A DNA stretch of 36,760 nucleotides from a virus. The notes under the pieces were generated by a model. That model saw nothing but the letters and a program-made list of their open reading frames with translations. It did not search any database and was not told where the DNA came from. Each line of letters opens with the position of its first letter. The stretch's first letter is position 1. This document shows, one piece after another, positions 6,345 through 15,151 of the stretch. Both the position numbers and the translations under genes were made by a program. The stretch covers positions 1-36,760 of IMG/VR virus record IMGVR_UViG_3300045988_135562; one strand, written 5' to 3'.

Positions 6345-6797
6345 ATGTCCATGCCGAGGGGCAACGGAAATATCTATCAGGCCGCCCGAAAAGCTGCCGG
6401 ACTGACGCAGGAAGCGGCAGCGGAGCGTTTGGCGGTAAGCGTGGAGAGCATGAGAGCCTACGAGACGGGCCTGCGGCTGCCGGGCGACGATGTAGTCACG
6501 CGGATGATGGCGGTGTATGACGCCCAGTACCTGGGAGCGCAGCATTTGCAGTGCAAGCCCTGGCTGCTGCCGGAATGTGTGATGATGGCCCAGCCTGAGC
6601 CGCTGCCGACGGCTGTTATCAAGCTGGTGCGGCGGGTAATGGCCTTCGCCGAGGCCCACCGCAGCGACCAGCTGATGGAGATCGCCGAGGACGGCATCAT
6701 CAGCGATGGTGAGCGGGATCTGTTTGACGAGATCACCACGGAGCTGGGAGACATTGTGCAGGCGGCGCTGGCGCTGGAATACGCGAAGGAGGTGTGA
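6345..6797 (+). CDS. XRE-family HTH protein with C-terminal extension (150 aa)
   Basis: GGGAGGAGG RBS. HTH segment GLTQEAAAERLAVSVESMRAYETG. Confidence 0.75.
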   Translation: MSMPRGNGNIYQAARKAAGLTQEAAAERLAVSVESMRAYETGLRLPGDDVVTRMMAVYDAQYLGAQHLQCKPWLLPECVMMAQPEPLPTAVIKLVRRVMAFAEAHRSDQLMEIAEDGIISDGERDLFDEITTELGDIVQAALALEYAKEV

Positions 6798-6799
6798 CC

Positions 6800-7048
6800 A
6801 TGCCGAGGACGAAGTTGAGCGCGAAGTCGGACGCGGCCAAGGATATGGCGATCCGCATCAAGTCCCAGGCCTACGCGATCCACGGCGGCCTGGACGGCGC
6901 GGCAAGGGCCGCGGGCATGAGCCGCAGCACGATCTATGCCCGCATCAAGGATCTGCCCAGCTGCTCCGGCAAGGAGATCGCGGCGCTGGCCCGCGTGACA
7001 CGCATCCCGGTGGACGAGCTGTTTGCCCTGTGGGCGAAGGCTTGCTGA
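6800..7048 (+). CDS. Small HTH-like protein (82 aa)
   Basis: ATG at 6800 lies just after the upstream stop. GMSRSTIYARIKD looks like a recognition helix. Confidence 0.55.
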   Translation: MPRTKLSAKSDAAKDMAIRIKSQAYAIHGGLDGAARAAGMSRSTIYARIKDLPSCSGKEIAALARVTRIPVDELFALWAKAC

Positions 7049-7062
7049 AGGGAGGTGAGGTC

Positions 7063-7221
7063 ATGGAGCTGTGGGTCATGGTCGTGCAGTACGCCTGTGC
7101 GGCTGCCGGCGCGGCGGCGGTCGTCCGGCTGGTGGACAGCTGCGGAAAGGCGCAAAAAAAAGAACGCCCCCGAGGTGGAGCTCGGAAGCGTTCAGCTGGT
7201 ACAAGGCACAATGCCCTGTGA
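7063..7221 (+). CDS. Small membrane protein (52 aa)
   Basis: RBS GAAGGGAGGTGAGG. The N-terminus MELWVMVVQYACAAAGAAAVVRLV is hydrophobic, followed by a basic tail. Confidence 0.45.
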   Translation: MELWVMVVQYACAAAGAAAVVRLVDSCGKAQKKERPRGGARKRSAGTRHNAL

Positions 7222-7274
7222 GAACAATACCAGTATAACAGATATTTTGACGTTCGCAAGGGGGCGAGAGAAAT

Positions 7275-8024
7275 TTGGCAAAAAAAATTGAGCAACCGGC
7301 CTACTGGGCCGTGATCCCCGCCGACGTGCGCTACGATGACAAGCTGCCGCCCAACGCCAAGCTGCTGTACGGCGAGATCAGCGCCTTGTGCAACCGGGAG
7401 GGCTTTTGCTGGGCCGGCAACGAGTACTTCGCGGAGCTTTTTGGATGGTCGGCAAAATCCGTGACGCGGCTGGTGTCCGCGCTCCGGGACGGAGGTTACA
7501 TAGACACGGACATGGTGGCCTCCGGGACGGGTGCAACGCGGCGCATCTACGCCGGTGTGTATCCGGGGGGTCTCCGCAATTTTGCGGAGGGGGGGTCTCC
7601 GCAAAATTGTCTAGGGGTCTCCGCAAAATTGTCTACACCCCCACAATATAACAGGAATAATATAATTAATAATACCCCCCTTACCCCCCAGGGGGAAAAA
7701 GTGTGCAAAAAACGTGTGCACAAGGACGGGCCGGACTGGAAGCCGGAGCGGTTCGCGGGACTATGGGACTACTACCCCAGGAAGGGGCGGAAGAACAAGC
7801 AGCGGGCCATCCAGGCGTGGGACAAGCTGAAGCCGGACGACGCGCTTATCGACACCATGGCGCGGGCGCTGACGAAGCTGAAGGCCACGGAGGAGTGGCA
7901 GCGCGACATCGGCATCCCCCACGTGGCCACGTGGCTGAACGGGGAGCGGTGGCACGACGCGGACGAGCTGGACAGCCCTGACGGGCCTGACGGCGGCGGA
8001 GAGGCGGTGTACGGATGGCAGTAG
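7275..8024 (+). CDS. Replication initiator/replisome organiser (N-terminal wHTH, DnaD-like) with an internal origin
   Basis: TTG start per the track. N-terminus YGEISALCNREGFCWAGNEYFAELFGWSAKSVTRLVSALRDGGYI. Iterons and an AT-rich block are embedded mid-gene. Its stop overlaps the dnaB start. Confidence 0.65.
   Translation: MAKKIEQPAYWAVIPADVRYDDKLPPNAKLLYGEISALCNREGFCWAGNEYFAELFGWSAKSVTRLVSALRDGGYIDTDMVASGTGATRRIYAGVYPGGLRNFAEGGSPQNCLGVSAKLSTPPQYNRNNIINNTPLTPQGEKVCKKRVHKDGPDWKPERFAGLWDYYPRKGRKNKQRAIQAWDKLKPDDALIDTMARALTKLKATEEWQRDIGIPHVATWLNGERWHDADELDSPDGPDGGGEAVYGWQ
7567..7675. repeat. Origin of replication: iterons plus AT-rich unwinding block
   Basis: GGGGTCTCCGCAAAATTGTCTA occurs in perfect tandem (7592-7613 and 7614-7635), with a diverged copy GGGGTCTCCGCAATTTTGCGGAG at 7567. 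CACAATATAACAGGAATAATATAATTAATAATA follows. Confidence 0.75.
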
Positions 8025-9433
8025 CGGCTGAGAACAGTCTAGCAGGCCGCCTGACCGCGGAGAACGCTGTCATCGGCGCGATGCTCATTGACGAGACTAC
8101 CGTGTCGCCCATCCTGGCGGCTGTGAACGCCTCGGACATCTGCAACCCGGACAATCGGAGGATCTTCCAAGCGGCGCGGGCGCTGATGCTGGACGGTCTG
8201 CCGGTAGACCCGGTCACGATCCGGGACAAGCTGGGTCAGGGCATTGAGGAGCGGCTGATCCAGCTGATGGAGATCACGCCCACCAGCGCCAACTGGCGGG
8301 AGTACGCGGAGATCGTCCGCCAGCAGGCGGCGCTGGAGCGCATCCGGGCTATCGCGGCGGAGCTGGCCGGCGCTGTGAACGTGGACGACTGCCGGGAGCG
8401 CATCGCGGCCTTGGGTGAGCTGATGAGCACCGGCCAGGGCGTGGATGCCTGGAGCATGAAGGACGCCTATGAGCATTTCATGGCCGCCCAGGGCAGCGAG
8501 GCGAAACGCGAGTACATCAGCTACGGCATCCGGGAGCTTGACGAGGGCACGTACACAGAGCCGGGGGACGTGGTTGTCATCGGCGGTGAGCCCTCCAGCG
8601 GCAAGACGGCCTTTGCGCTGGCGCTGGCCTACCACATGGCCAAGACGCGCAGCGTGGGGTTCTTTTCCCTGGAGACGGGACAGAAGAAGCTGACGGAGCG
8701 CCTGGTGTCCACAGTGCTGGGCTTGGACTTCAACGTCGTCAAGCGTCAGCAGATGACGGAGGCCGACTGGCAGACGGTGGCCGAGGGCGGCCAGGAGTTC
8801 ACGGCGCGGCGGTTGACGCTGCTGCGGGGCAGCGGCATGACCGCCACGCAGATCCAGGCGGTGAGCAAGGCCTACGGATTTGACGTGATCTTTGTGGACT
8901 ACGTCCAGCTTGTCAGGCCGGAGACCGACCCGCGGGCCGGATCGGTGCAGGCGGTAGCGGCGATCTCCATGTCGCTGCACACCTTCGCCCAGTCCAGCGG
9001 GACGCTGGTGGTGGAGCTGGCGCAGCTGGCCCGTCCGCAGAAGCAGGGCGGATGGAAAGAACCGACCATGCACGACCTGAAGGAGACGGGCCAGCTGGAG
9101 CAGGACGCGGACATGGTGATGCTGCTCTATAAGCCCGGCCCGAAGGATCGCGTGCCATGGCTAGATGAGCCGCTCGACCCGGCGAAGTCGAGAATGCTGA
9201 AAATCGACAAGCAGAAGGAGGGCCGCCTGGGCCGCTGGCCCATGTTCTTCGATGGTGCGCACCAGCGCTTCAGCGTGATGGCCGGGCCGGACGGGCAGTC
9301 TGTCTTACGGCATTTTACGTCTGCCGGGAAAGCTCAAAAGACGAAGGCACGGGCGCAGTCGCCGGGGCAGATCGGGCTGCGTGAGATCAGTCCGCACGAC
9401 CCGGAGTGCCCGTGGCCGGAAAGGGAGGCGTGA
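8015..9433 (+). CDS. dnaB: Replicative DNA helicase (DnaB family)
   Basis: N-terminus AENAVIGAMLID. Walker A GGEPSSGKTAFAL. Also FVDYVQL and QLARP...DLKETGQLEQDAD. Confidence 0.9.
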   Translation: MAVAAENSLAGRLTAENAVIGAMLIDETTVSPILAAVNASDICNPDNRRIFQAARALMLDGLPVDPVTIRDKLGQGIEERLIQLMEITPTSANWREYAEIVRQQAALERIRAIAAELAGAVNVDDCRERIAALGELMSTGQGVDAWSMKDAYEHFMAAQGSEAKREYISYGIRELDEGTYTEPGDVVVIGGEPSSGKTAFALALAYHMAKTRSVGFFSLETGQKKLTERLVSTVLGLDFNVVKRQQMTEADWQTVAEGGQEFTARRLTLLRGSGMTATQIQAVSKAYGFDVIFVDYVQLVRPETDPRAGSVQAVAAISMSLHTFAQSSGTLVVELAQLARPQKQGGWKEPTMHDLKETGQLEQDADMVMLLYKPGPKDRVPWLDEPLDPAKSRMLKIDKQKEGRLGRWPMFFDGAHQRFSVMAGPDGQSVLRHFTSAGKAQKTKARAQSPGQIGLREISPHDPECPWPEREA

Positions 9434-9434
9434 A

Positions 9435-9749
9435 ATGCAGGTTGGCGATGTGATCAAATTCAGACCGTTTGCTCTGCGGTACGCAAAGGACACAGAGCTT
9501 AACGCGCCCTTCATGCCGGGAACGGTGGTGTGGGTGCATCCGCAGGGTCGGTTCGCCGTCGTGGAGCGGCGGACGGGATTTTACACGTACCGGGAATGCA
9601 TCCCGGTCAACAGAACGATGAGGAAAGAGGTACTAAACTGTGAGAACGATGGCAATCATGAACCTAAAGGGCGGTGTGGGCAAAACCGTAACCGCCCTCA
9701 CTTTGGCCGACGTGCTGCGCCGCGCCGGGAAGACTTCCGTGATCGTTGA
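9435..9749 (+). CDS. Hypothetical protein (104 aa); its 3' end overlaps parA by 110 nt
   Basis: ATG follows AAGGGAGG. The N-terminal 60 aa look protein-like. The Arg-rich tail overlapping parA is doubtful. Confidence 0.4.
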   Translation: MQVGDVIKFRPFALRYAKDTELNAPFMPGTVVWVHPQGRFAVVERRTGFYTYRECIPVNRTMRKEVLNCENDGNHEPKGRCGQNRNRPHFGRRAAPRREDFRDR

Positions 9750-10428
9750 CTGCGACGGGCAGATGAGCCTGACGCGGTTCTGCCTGCCGGATTTTGACCC
9801 CGACAACGCGCCCAGCGTGGCGGACGTGCTGCTAGGTTGCTCGGAGGCGGTGTGGAGCGACAACACCATCCCGCAGGACGCCCTGGGACGGATACAGCTG
9901 CTTCCGGGGTCGAGCACGCTCTACGAGCTGGACGTTAAGGCCCTCAAGAGCAGCATCCACAGCATCCACTCTCTCCGGGACTTTCGCGACGCGGCGGCGG
10001 AGGACGGCGTGGACTACATGATCTTCGATTGCCCTCCCGGCTTTACTGCGGCAAGCTGCGCCGCCCTGATGGCCTCCGACGAGGTGGTGATCCCTACTGT
10101 CGTGGATGGCTTCTCGCTGATGGGCGTGGGAGACATGGTCGCCCAGGTCGCCAGTATGCGGCAGGCCAATGCCGCTATCAAAATCGCCGGAATACTGATC
10201 TGCCAGTGGCACAACAGCGAGGCGGTGCGGCAGGGCGAGGCGCTGCTGCGCCAGCGCTGGCCGGTGTTTAACACAGTGATCCGCCGCACGGAGCGGCTGC
10301 CTGAGAGTACCTTCATGCGGCGGTCCGTGATGGATTACAGCCCGCGCAGCGCGGCGTCCCTGGACTACCGTGCGTGGGTGCGGGAATATTTGCACGAGGA
10401 GGTTCGAGATGATGGCCAAAAAGTTTGA
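9640..10428 (+). CDS. parA: ParA/Soj-type partition ATPase
   Basis: Deviant Walker A NLKGGVGKT near the N-terminus. Also DCDGQ and FDCPPG motifs. Confidence 0.85.
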   Translation: MRTMAIMNLKGGVGKTVTALTLADVLRRAGKTSVIVDCDGQMSLTRFCLPDFDPDNAPSVADVLLGCSEAVWSDNTIPQDALGRIQLLPGSSTLYELDVKALKSSIHSIHSLRDFRDAAAEDGVDYMIFDCPPGFTAASCAALMASDEVVIPTVVDGFSLMGVGDMVAQVASMRQANAAIKIAGILICQWHNSEAVRQGEALLRQRWPVFNTVIRRTERLPESTFMRRSVMDYSPRSAASLDYRAWVREYLHEEVRDDGQKV

Positions 10429-11926
10429 CATGGGCGATTTCGCCAAGACGCTGGCACAGCCCGTGTCCGAGTCGGGCACGGGGCGGGAGCAGATCGAGTA
10501 TATAGACGTGGATCTGTTGGACGGTGATCCGAGCAATTTTTATCAGCTCAACGATTTGGACGCGCTGGCTGATAACATCGCCACCATCGGCCTCCAGCAA
10601 CCCGTCCGCGTGAGGGATGGCGAGAATGGCCACGTGACGATCGTGTCGGGACACCGCCGCACGGCGGCTATCCGCGAACTGGTGGCGGGCGGACGGACTG
10701 ACCTGCGGGATGTGCCCTGCATCCGGGAGCGAGACGATGCCTCGCCGGCCCTGCGTGAGCTTCGCTTGATTTACGCCAATAGTGCCACCAGGCAACTGAG
10801 TTCTGCGGAGATCGCCCAGCAAGCCGAGAAGGTGAGGGAGTTACTCTACCGGCTGAAGGAGGAGGGCTACGAGTTTCCGGGGCGTATGCGGGATCATGTG
10901 GCGGAGGCCTGTAACATCAGCAAGAGCAAGCTGGCGCGGCTGGAGAAAATCGAGAAAGGGCTGGCTTCGTGCTACCGGGACGCCTGGAAGGCTGGGACGC
11001 TGCCGGAGGACACGGCGGACGCACTGTCTAGCCTGCCGGAGGACGTGCAGGAGCGCATCAAGCGCGTTTGCCCTAAGACTACGCCGACCGCGGGCCGTAT
11101 CCGGGATACAGTCAAGCGCGGAGAGTACCTGGCGGCGTCTTTTAAGTGCCCCGGCGGAGCGGCCTGTACGCACATGGACAAGTTTTTTCGGCATGACCTA
11201 AAGGAAAACAGCTGGGAAACCTGCGGCGGCGAGAAATGCTGCCTGAAGTGTAGCTCCGGCGGAGCGCATGATCCTGCGTCCTACTACGGCGCTGCCTGCG
11301 CGGAGATGTGCGGTAAGGCGCGGGAAAAATACGAGAAGGCCAAAGAGAAGAAAAAACTGTCCGATGCTGCCGCTGCAGAGAAAGTTCAAAATGAAACCGC
11401 CGCCAGGGTGCGGGCAGACGCCCGGCGTATTGTCCGGGCGGCGGACGCTGCGGGCCTGGGCGACGATGTGAAGCTGCGCTATGACTACGGAAGCCCCATG
11501 GTCGTCGGGCTATTGAGGCGAGTTTGCGCGGGAGAAATTCCTGATGAGGCAGGCTACCTCTTCCGAGGCAGCGGCCTCATGCCGTGGCGGGCCACGGACG
11601 CCGTGGGAACTGCTAAGACGCTGCACTGCTCCGTGGACTACCTGCTGGGTCTGACGGATGATCTCAGCCCTGCTGCCGCAGAACCCGGTCAGACCTCGCT
11701 GGCATTGTGGATGCCGGGCGGCATCTCGCCGGGCGATCCGCGCGACGTAGTGGCGGATTTTGTCGTGGGCGAGGACGTGCGCGGGCGCAAGACGATTATG
11801 CGGAAGGCGTGCCGGTGGGATGGGTCGTCATTCCTCTTCCGTGAGGGCGGCGCTGAAATAGACGCAGAGGTGGTGCGGTGGCTGGCGCTGCCGGAGGTGG
11901 AAAAGGAGGACGAGAACGATGATTAA
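10409..11926 (+). CDS. ParB N-terminal-domain protein with HTH, Cys-rich and second XRE-like HTH modules (505 aa)
   Basis: Start MMAKKF follows GGAGG. ParB/Srx box VRVRDGENGHVTIVSGHRRTAAIREL. Cys cluster CPGGAACTH...CGGEKCCLKCSSGG. The motif CSVDYLLGLTDD is typical of the end of an XRE HTH. Confidence 0.75.
   Translation: MMAKKFDMGDFAKTLAQPVSESGTGREQIEYIDVDLLDGDPSNFYQLNDLDALADNIATIGLQQPVRVRDGENGHVTIVSGHRRTAAIRELVAGGRTDLRDVPCIRERDDASPALRELRLIYANSATRQLSSAEIAQQAEKVRELLYRLKEEGYEFPGRMRDHVAEACNISKSKLARLEKIEKGLASCYRDAWKAGTLPEDTADALSSLPEDVQERIKRVCPKTTPTAGRIRDTVKRGEYLAASFKCPGGAACTHMDKFFRHDLKENSWETCGGEKCCLKCSSGGAHDPASYYGAACAEMCGKAREKYEKAKEKKKLSDAAAAEKVQNETAARVRADARRIVRAADAAGLGDDVKLRYDYGSPMVVGLLRRVCAGEIPDEAGYLFRGSGLMPWRATDAVGTAKTLHCSVDYLLGLTDDLSPAAAEPGQTSLALWMPGGISPGDPRDVVADFVVGEDVRGRKTIMRKACRWDGSSFLFREGGAEIDAEVVRWLALPEVEKEDENDD
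10460..10482 (+). repeat. Hairpin family copy 3 (10463-10479), inside the parB-like CDS
   Basis: CCCGTGTCC-GAGTC-GGGCACGGG. It encodes VSESGT in frame. Confidence 0.85.
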
Positions 11927-12233
11927 CGCGAAGATTGACAAGGGCGTAAGCACCTTAATGTTTGCCGGAAGTGGGCTGGAGGTTGCCGCTGAAATCGGTG
12001 TGATGGTTCACGGGTTGTATACGCAGCTCTACCACCGCGCCGGCCCTGCGATAGCGAAGGGCTGCAAGGAGACTTTACGGGAGATGTTGGCCCGAGAGGA
12101 TTCTCCTGTGTGGGATGTAAATCTGAACAAGAAGGCACGGTATTCTTTCTTCCTAGAAGGCGATGCGGCGGCAGCTATGACGGAGCGCTTGAGACGCTAT
12201 GATGAGGGGGGGCAGCGGCGTGACGAGAGTTGA
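11919..12233 (+). CDS. Hypothetical protein (104 aa)
   Basis: AAGGAGGA RBS. The start overlaps the upstream stop. Confidence 0.6.
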   Translation: MINAKIDKGVSTLMFAGSGLEVAAEIGVMVHGLYTQLYHRAGPAIAKGCKETLREMLAREDSPVWDVNLNKKARYSFFLEGDAAAAMTERLRRYDEGGQRRDES

Positions 12234-12705
12234 CCTGACCGTGAAGCAGTGCCGGGCGCTGGGCGAGTATCTTCGCCGGACGGTGGATCGGGGCATGGAT
12301 AGCGGCTATGACGAGATCGAGCTGCTGGTGCTCTCCTGCCGGGCGTTGCTGGCGGTAAAAGATGTGCCGGTGGTATGTGAGCGGCCAGTACCCCCCCCTG
12401 AGCCTGTGAAACTCGCCGCGCCGCCCACTGCCCCGCGAGGTGGTGCGGCGGAAGCTGCGGAGTTTAAGCGGGTGACGCTGGCGCGGCTGGAAGCGTACCG
12501 TGGGCGTGGAGCTGGACTGGTCAGCTTCACGCCGCTGGCGGAGCGGTGCGCCCCTGTGGATGGCAAGCCCGTTACGCCGGAGATGCTGGGGCGAATGCTG
12601 AACCGGGAGCGCTTCCCGGTGGCGGTGTGGCGGTCTGTCGCCGCCGCGCTGGACGAGATGGAAAAGGGAAACGGAGGTGCGAAGAGTGTTGATGACAACG
12701 GCTGA
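12199..12705 (+). CDS. Hypothetical protein (start uncertain: ATG 12199 or GTG 12220)
   Basis: Long ORF in operon context. The GAGGGGGGG RBS favours GTG 12220. Confidence 0.55.
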   Translation: MMRGGSGVTRVDLTVKQCRALGEYLRRTVDRGMDSGYDEIELLVLSCRALLAVKDVPVVCERPVPPPEPVKLAAPPTAPRGGAAEAAEFKRVTLARLEAYRGRGAGLVSFTPLAERCAPVDGKPVTPEMLGRMLNRERFPVAVWRSVAAALDEMEKGNGGAKSVDDNG

Positions 12706-13048
12706 CCTGGTGGCCGATTTGCGGAGATGTCGTTATAGCGGCTGCTCCTGTTGTGGACATCAGTGCGGCAGCGCAGCCTGTATAGATCATATTTTGGTCT
12801 ATGCTGCCGACAAGATTGAAGAGCTGACCGACCGCTGCGCCCGGTACGCCGAGGAGATCGCAGTGCTGCAGGAAGAACGAAAGCGGGCGGCTTCCGCCGA
12901 TGTTGCCCCGGTGGTGTATGGGCGGTGGATTCGCCATGATGACGGCGTAATCACTTGCAGCGAATGTGGAAACGCAGAGAGCAGTGATAGCTACTATTGC
13001 AGGTACTGTGGGGCGAAGATGGACGGAGATGGTGAGCATGAAGTGTGA
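12692..13048 (+). CDS. Hypothetical protein with C-terminal zinc ribbon (CSECG...CRYCG)
   Basis: ORF in operon context. The start is ambiguous between 12677 and 12692. Confidence 0.55.
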   Translation: MTTADLVADLRRCRYSGCSCCGHQCGSAACIDHILVYAADKIEELTDRCARYAEEIAVLQEERKRAASADVAPVVYGRWIRHDDGVITCSECGNAESSDSYYCRYCGAKMDGDGEHEV

Positions 13049-13313
13049 TGAAATCGTGAAGCTGCAGTCGTTCTGCATCGGAGAAGGCATCGCCTGTTTG
13101 CTGACGCCGATGTTTGACGGCTTCATTCTCCGCTTCCCTAACGGCGCTGATTTAGTGCAACACTTTGGCTCGTATGGAAGCGACCGCGAATGTGTAGAGC
13201 CCGCGGGGGTAGACGAGAGATACGATTACAGCGCCGTTTCGTTCGAGCTGGCGAAAAGTCTTGTGCTGAAGCATCGCGACAAACTGGTGAAATTGGAGGT
13301 GGAGCATGACTGA
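13038..13313 (+). CDS. Hypothetical protein (91 aa)
   Basis: ATG overlaps the upstream stop. Operon context. Confidence 0.5.
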   Translation: MKCDEIVKLQSFCIGEGIACLLTPMFDGFILRFPNGADLVQHFGSYGSDRECVEPAGVDERYDYSAVSFELAKSLVLKHRDKLVKLEVEHD

Positions 13314-13503
13314 TAGAGAACTGATCGCCGCGCTGCGGCGGCTGAAGATACAAACCGGGAGCATCGCCTGCCCGGGCTGTGGCTATGAGCATAACTGCTC
13401 CGTCCATGGCTGCCGCATCATGCGGCTGGCCGCCGATCGGCTGGAGCAACTCACCGGCGCGGTGGGCCGGCAGGAAGTGATGGTGTATAGGGATGGCGGC
13501 TAA
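13306..13503 (+). CDS. Hypothetical small Cys-containing protein (65 aa)
   Basis: GGAGGTGGAG RBS. Contains CPGCGYEHNCSVHGC. Confidence 0.55.
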   Translation: MTDRELIAALRRLKIQTGSIACPGCGYEHNCSVHGCRIMRLAADRLEQLTGAVGRQEVMVYRDGG

Positions 13504-13604
13504 GGTGAACCCTCGCCGCATCCCGCGCACCCAGCATGATATTCGTGAGACGGTTAAGGACGAGGTAAAAGTCGTCTTTACAACGGAAAGGTGATGTATG
13601 CCAT

Positions 13605-13919
13605 ATGACATTTTTAGCGTATGCAAAAACTCATAGAAAAGAGCTTCTTATACTTGACGGTATTGATATTTCGTCAAAGTATTGCCCTCGTAACATGTTC
13701 GCCATATGTGAAGGGGAAGCCTGTGTCTTAGAGCAAAACCCGCATTTTACAGAAGAAGAGAGGAAAGAAGCCTGCTCTCTTTGCTGGAACCGAGAGATGC
13801 CTGGAACATTGGATGGCAGTAAACTTGAGTGTACTCCTATTTCCGGGGAAAAATACGCGAGGTATTGCAGTTTACTGATATATCGTTTCGGACATCCGGC
13901 AGATACTGAAAGAATATGA
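13605..13919 (+). CDS. Hypothetical Cys-rich protein in a low-GC patch (104 aa)
   Basis: ORF in a visibly AT-richer segment than its neighbours. No motif recognised. Confidence 0.5.
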   Translation: MTFLAYAKTHRKELLILDGIDISSKYCPRNMFAICEGEACVLEQNPHFTEEERKEACSLCWNREMPGTLDGSKLECTPISGEKYARYCSLLIYRFGHPADTERI

Positions 13920-13937
13920 TGTGGAGGTGGAATTGAC

Positions 13938-14093
13938 GTGAAGCCATGCGAACGGCCTATTGACACACTGCGGGAGTTTTTGGCCGACCCTGAGACAAAT
14001 ATCTCGTCCAAGGTCTATAACGCGATCCTGCTGGCGGTGGAGCTGATCGAAGCGCGTGAGCGGGTCACTGACCTGATGGAGGAGCTGACATGA
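13938..14093 (+). CDS. Small ORF (51 aa) coupled to the Rep gene
   Basis: GTG start 8 nt after GGAGGTGG. The stop overlaps the Rep ATG (ATGA). Confidence 0.45.
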   Translation: MKPCERPIDTLREFLADPETNISSKVYNAILLAVELIEARERVTDLMEELT

Positions 14094-14824
14094 CTGCGGG
14101 CGAGAACTCCTATGTCGTTGTCAGGCAGCGGGCGGGCGACCTTGAGAAAGTCATGGTCACTGACAACTACCGATACCTGCGACTTTATGGGCCGGAGGCC
14201 ACGCGGCGGCGCTGTGGCCCGGCCCTGAGCCGCACCAGTGTTGACAAGCTGGAGTTGCGGTTGGCGCTGTTTAAGTATGACGGCGTTTTTTGGACGCTGA
14301 CTTTCGATGACGCGCATCTCCCGGCAAGCCGCGCCGAAGCGGTCAAGGCGTGGAAGGCGTTTATGCGGAAGCTCCGACGATGCAGAGGATCTCCTGTTGA
14401 CTACTATGTCTACCGCATCGAGGGCCTCCACGGTGACAAGCGGTGGCATATCCATGTTTTCCTCCGCGGCGGTGACTTCACGGCGGAGGACGTCGCCTGG
14501 GCATGGGGCGGGCGCGGGAACATCAAAGCGGAGGTGTGGACGCGGGAGCGGGTGCTGGAGCGCCGGGACTACGACCCGGACTTTGTAGCGGGCTACCGCG
14601 GACTGGCGCGGTATTTTACCAAGGAACTCTCCGAAGTCGGGCGGCATCCCTGGGGCTGTTCTCAAGCGCTGGGGAAATGCATTCCTAAGCCTCGCATCGG
14701 CACGTCTGTAAGCGGCGCTGTTCGACCGCCGCCGGGGGCGGCTCTGCTCCCGGCGGACGGCGTGCCGAAGCTAACAGGATGGGGCGTGTACGGCTATTGC
14801 CGCTATCTTCTTCCTGGAAGTTAG
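14090..14824 (+). CDS. HUH-superfamily rolling-circle replication initiator (Rep_1/pC194-like motifs)
   Basis: Motif 1 is FWTLTFD, motif 2 is RWHIHVFL (HUH) and motif 3 is ARYFTKEL (Y-x-x-K), in the canonical order and spacing. Confidence 0.65.
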   Translation: MTAGENSYVVVRQRAGDLEKVMVTDNYRYLRLYGPEATRRRCGPALSRTSVDKLELRLALFKYDGVFWTLTFDDAHLPASRAEAVKAWKAFMRKLRRCRGSPVDYYVYRIEGLHGDKRWHIHVFLRGGDFTAEDVAWAWGGRGNIKAEVWTRERVLERRDYDPDFVAGYRGLARYFTKELSEVGRHPWGCSQALGKCIPKPRIGTSVSGAVRPPPGAALLPADGVPKLTGWGVYGYCRYLLPGS

Positions 14825-14968
14825 TGCTTTTATTTTAAATCTAAGGTAGGTTATACAAGAAGATTATAATAGGACTACTTCCTCTTTACTTGAAATCTTA
14901 TGAATATTTAGTGACAAACAGAGAAAGTGAGGCGAAAGCTCTTGCGAATAACATCTGAATACGGTACA

Positions 14969-15151
14969 ATGTCCCCAAGGACGGATGGTTGGTTGACCTG
15001 TCCCAGGTGCGGACGCAACCGACACTTCCTGCGAGTGCTGCCCGGCACGGTGGTCGCGAATCTGCCTGTGTACTGCCGGGACTGCAAAACGGAGATCATC
15101 CTGCATATTGAGCGAGAGGCCGGAGCGTTGAACGCCGGAGCCCATGAGTAG
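14969..15151 (+). CDS. Cysteine-rich KTR-domain-like small protein
   Basis: WLTCPRCGRNRHFLRVLPGTVVANLPVYCRDCKTEIILHIE matches my recollection of the Cys_rich_KTR pattern. An AT-rich upstream region (14825-14925, containing TATAAT) and a strong terminator flank it. The start could instead be GTG 14927. Confidence 0.6.
   Translation: MSPRTDGWLTCPRCGRNRHFLRVLPGTVVANLPVYCRDCKTEIILHIEREAGALNAGAHE

Noticed and set aside
13505-13594. 29-codon GTG ORF between 13503 and 13605.
   Set aside because: It has a weak RBS and a GTG start, is very short, and has no coupling. It cannot be distinguished from noise.
14625-14645. Partial matches to the hairpin family (TCCGAAGTCGGGCGG here; GTCAAGTCGGACGGCAC at 32856-32872).
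   Set aside because: The arms are not complementary and an extra base disrupts the loop, so they are not counted as family members.
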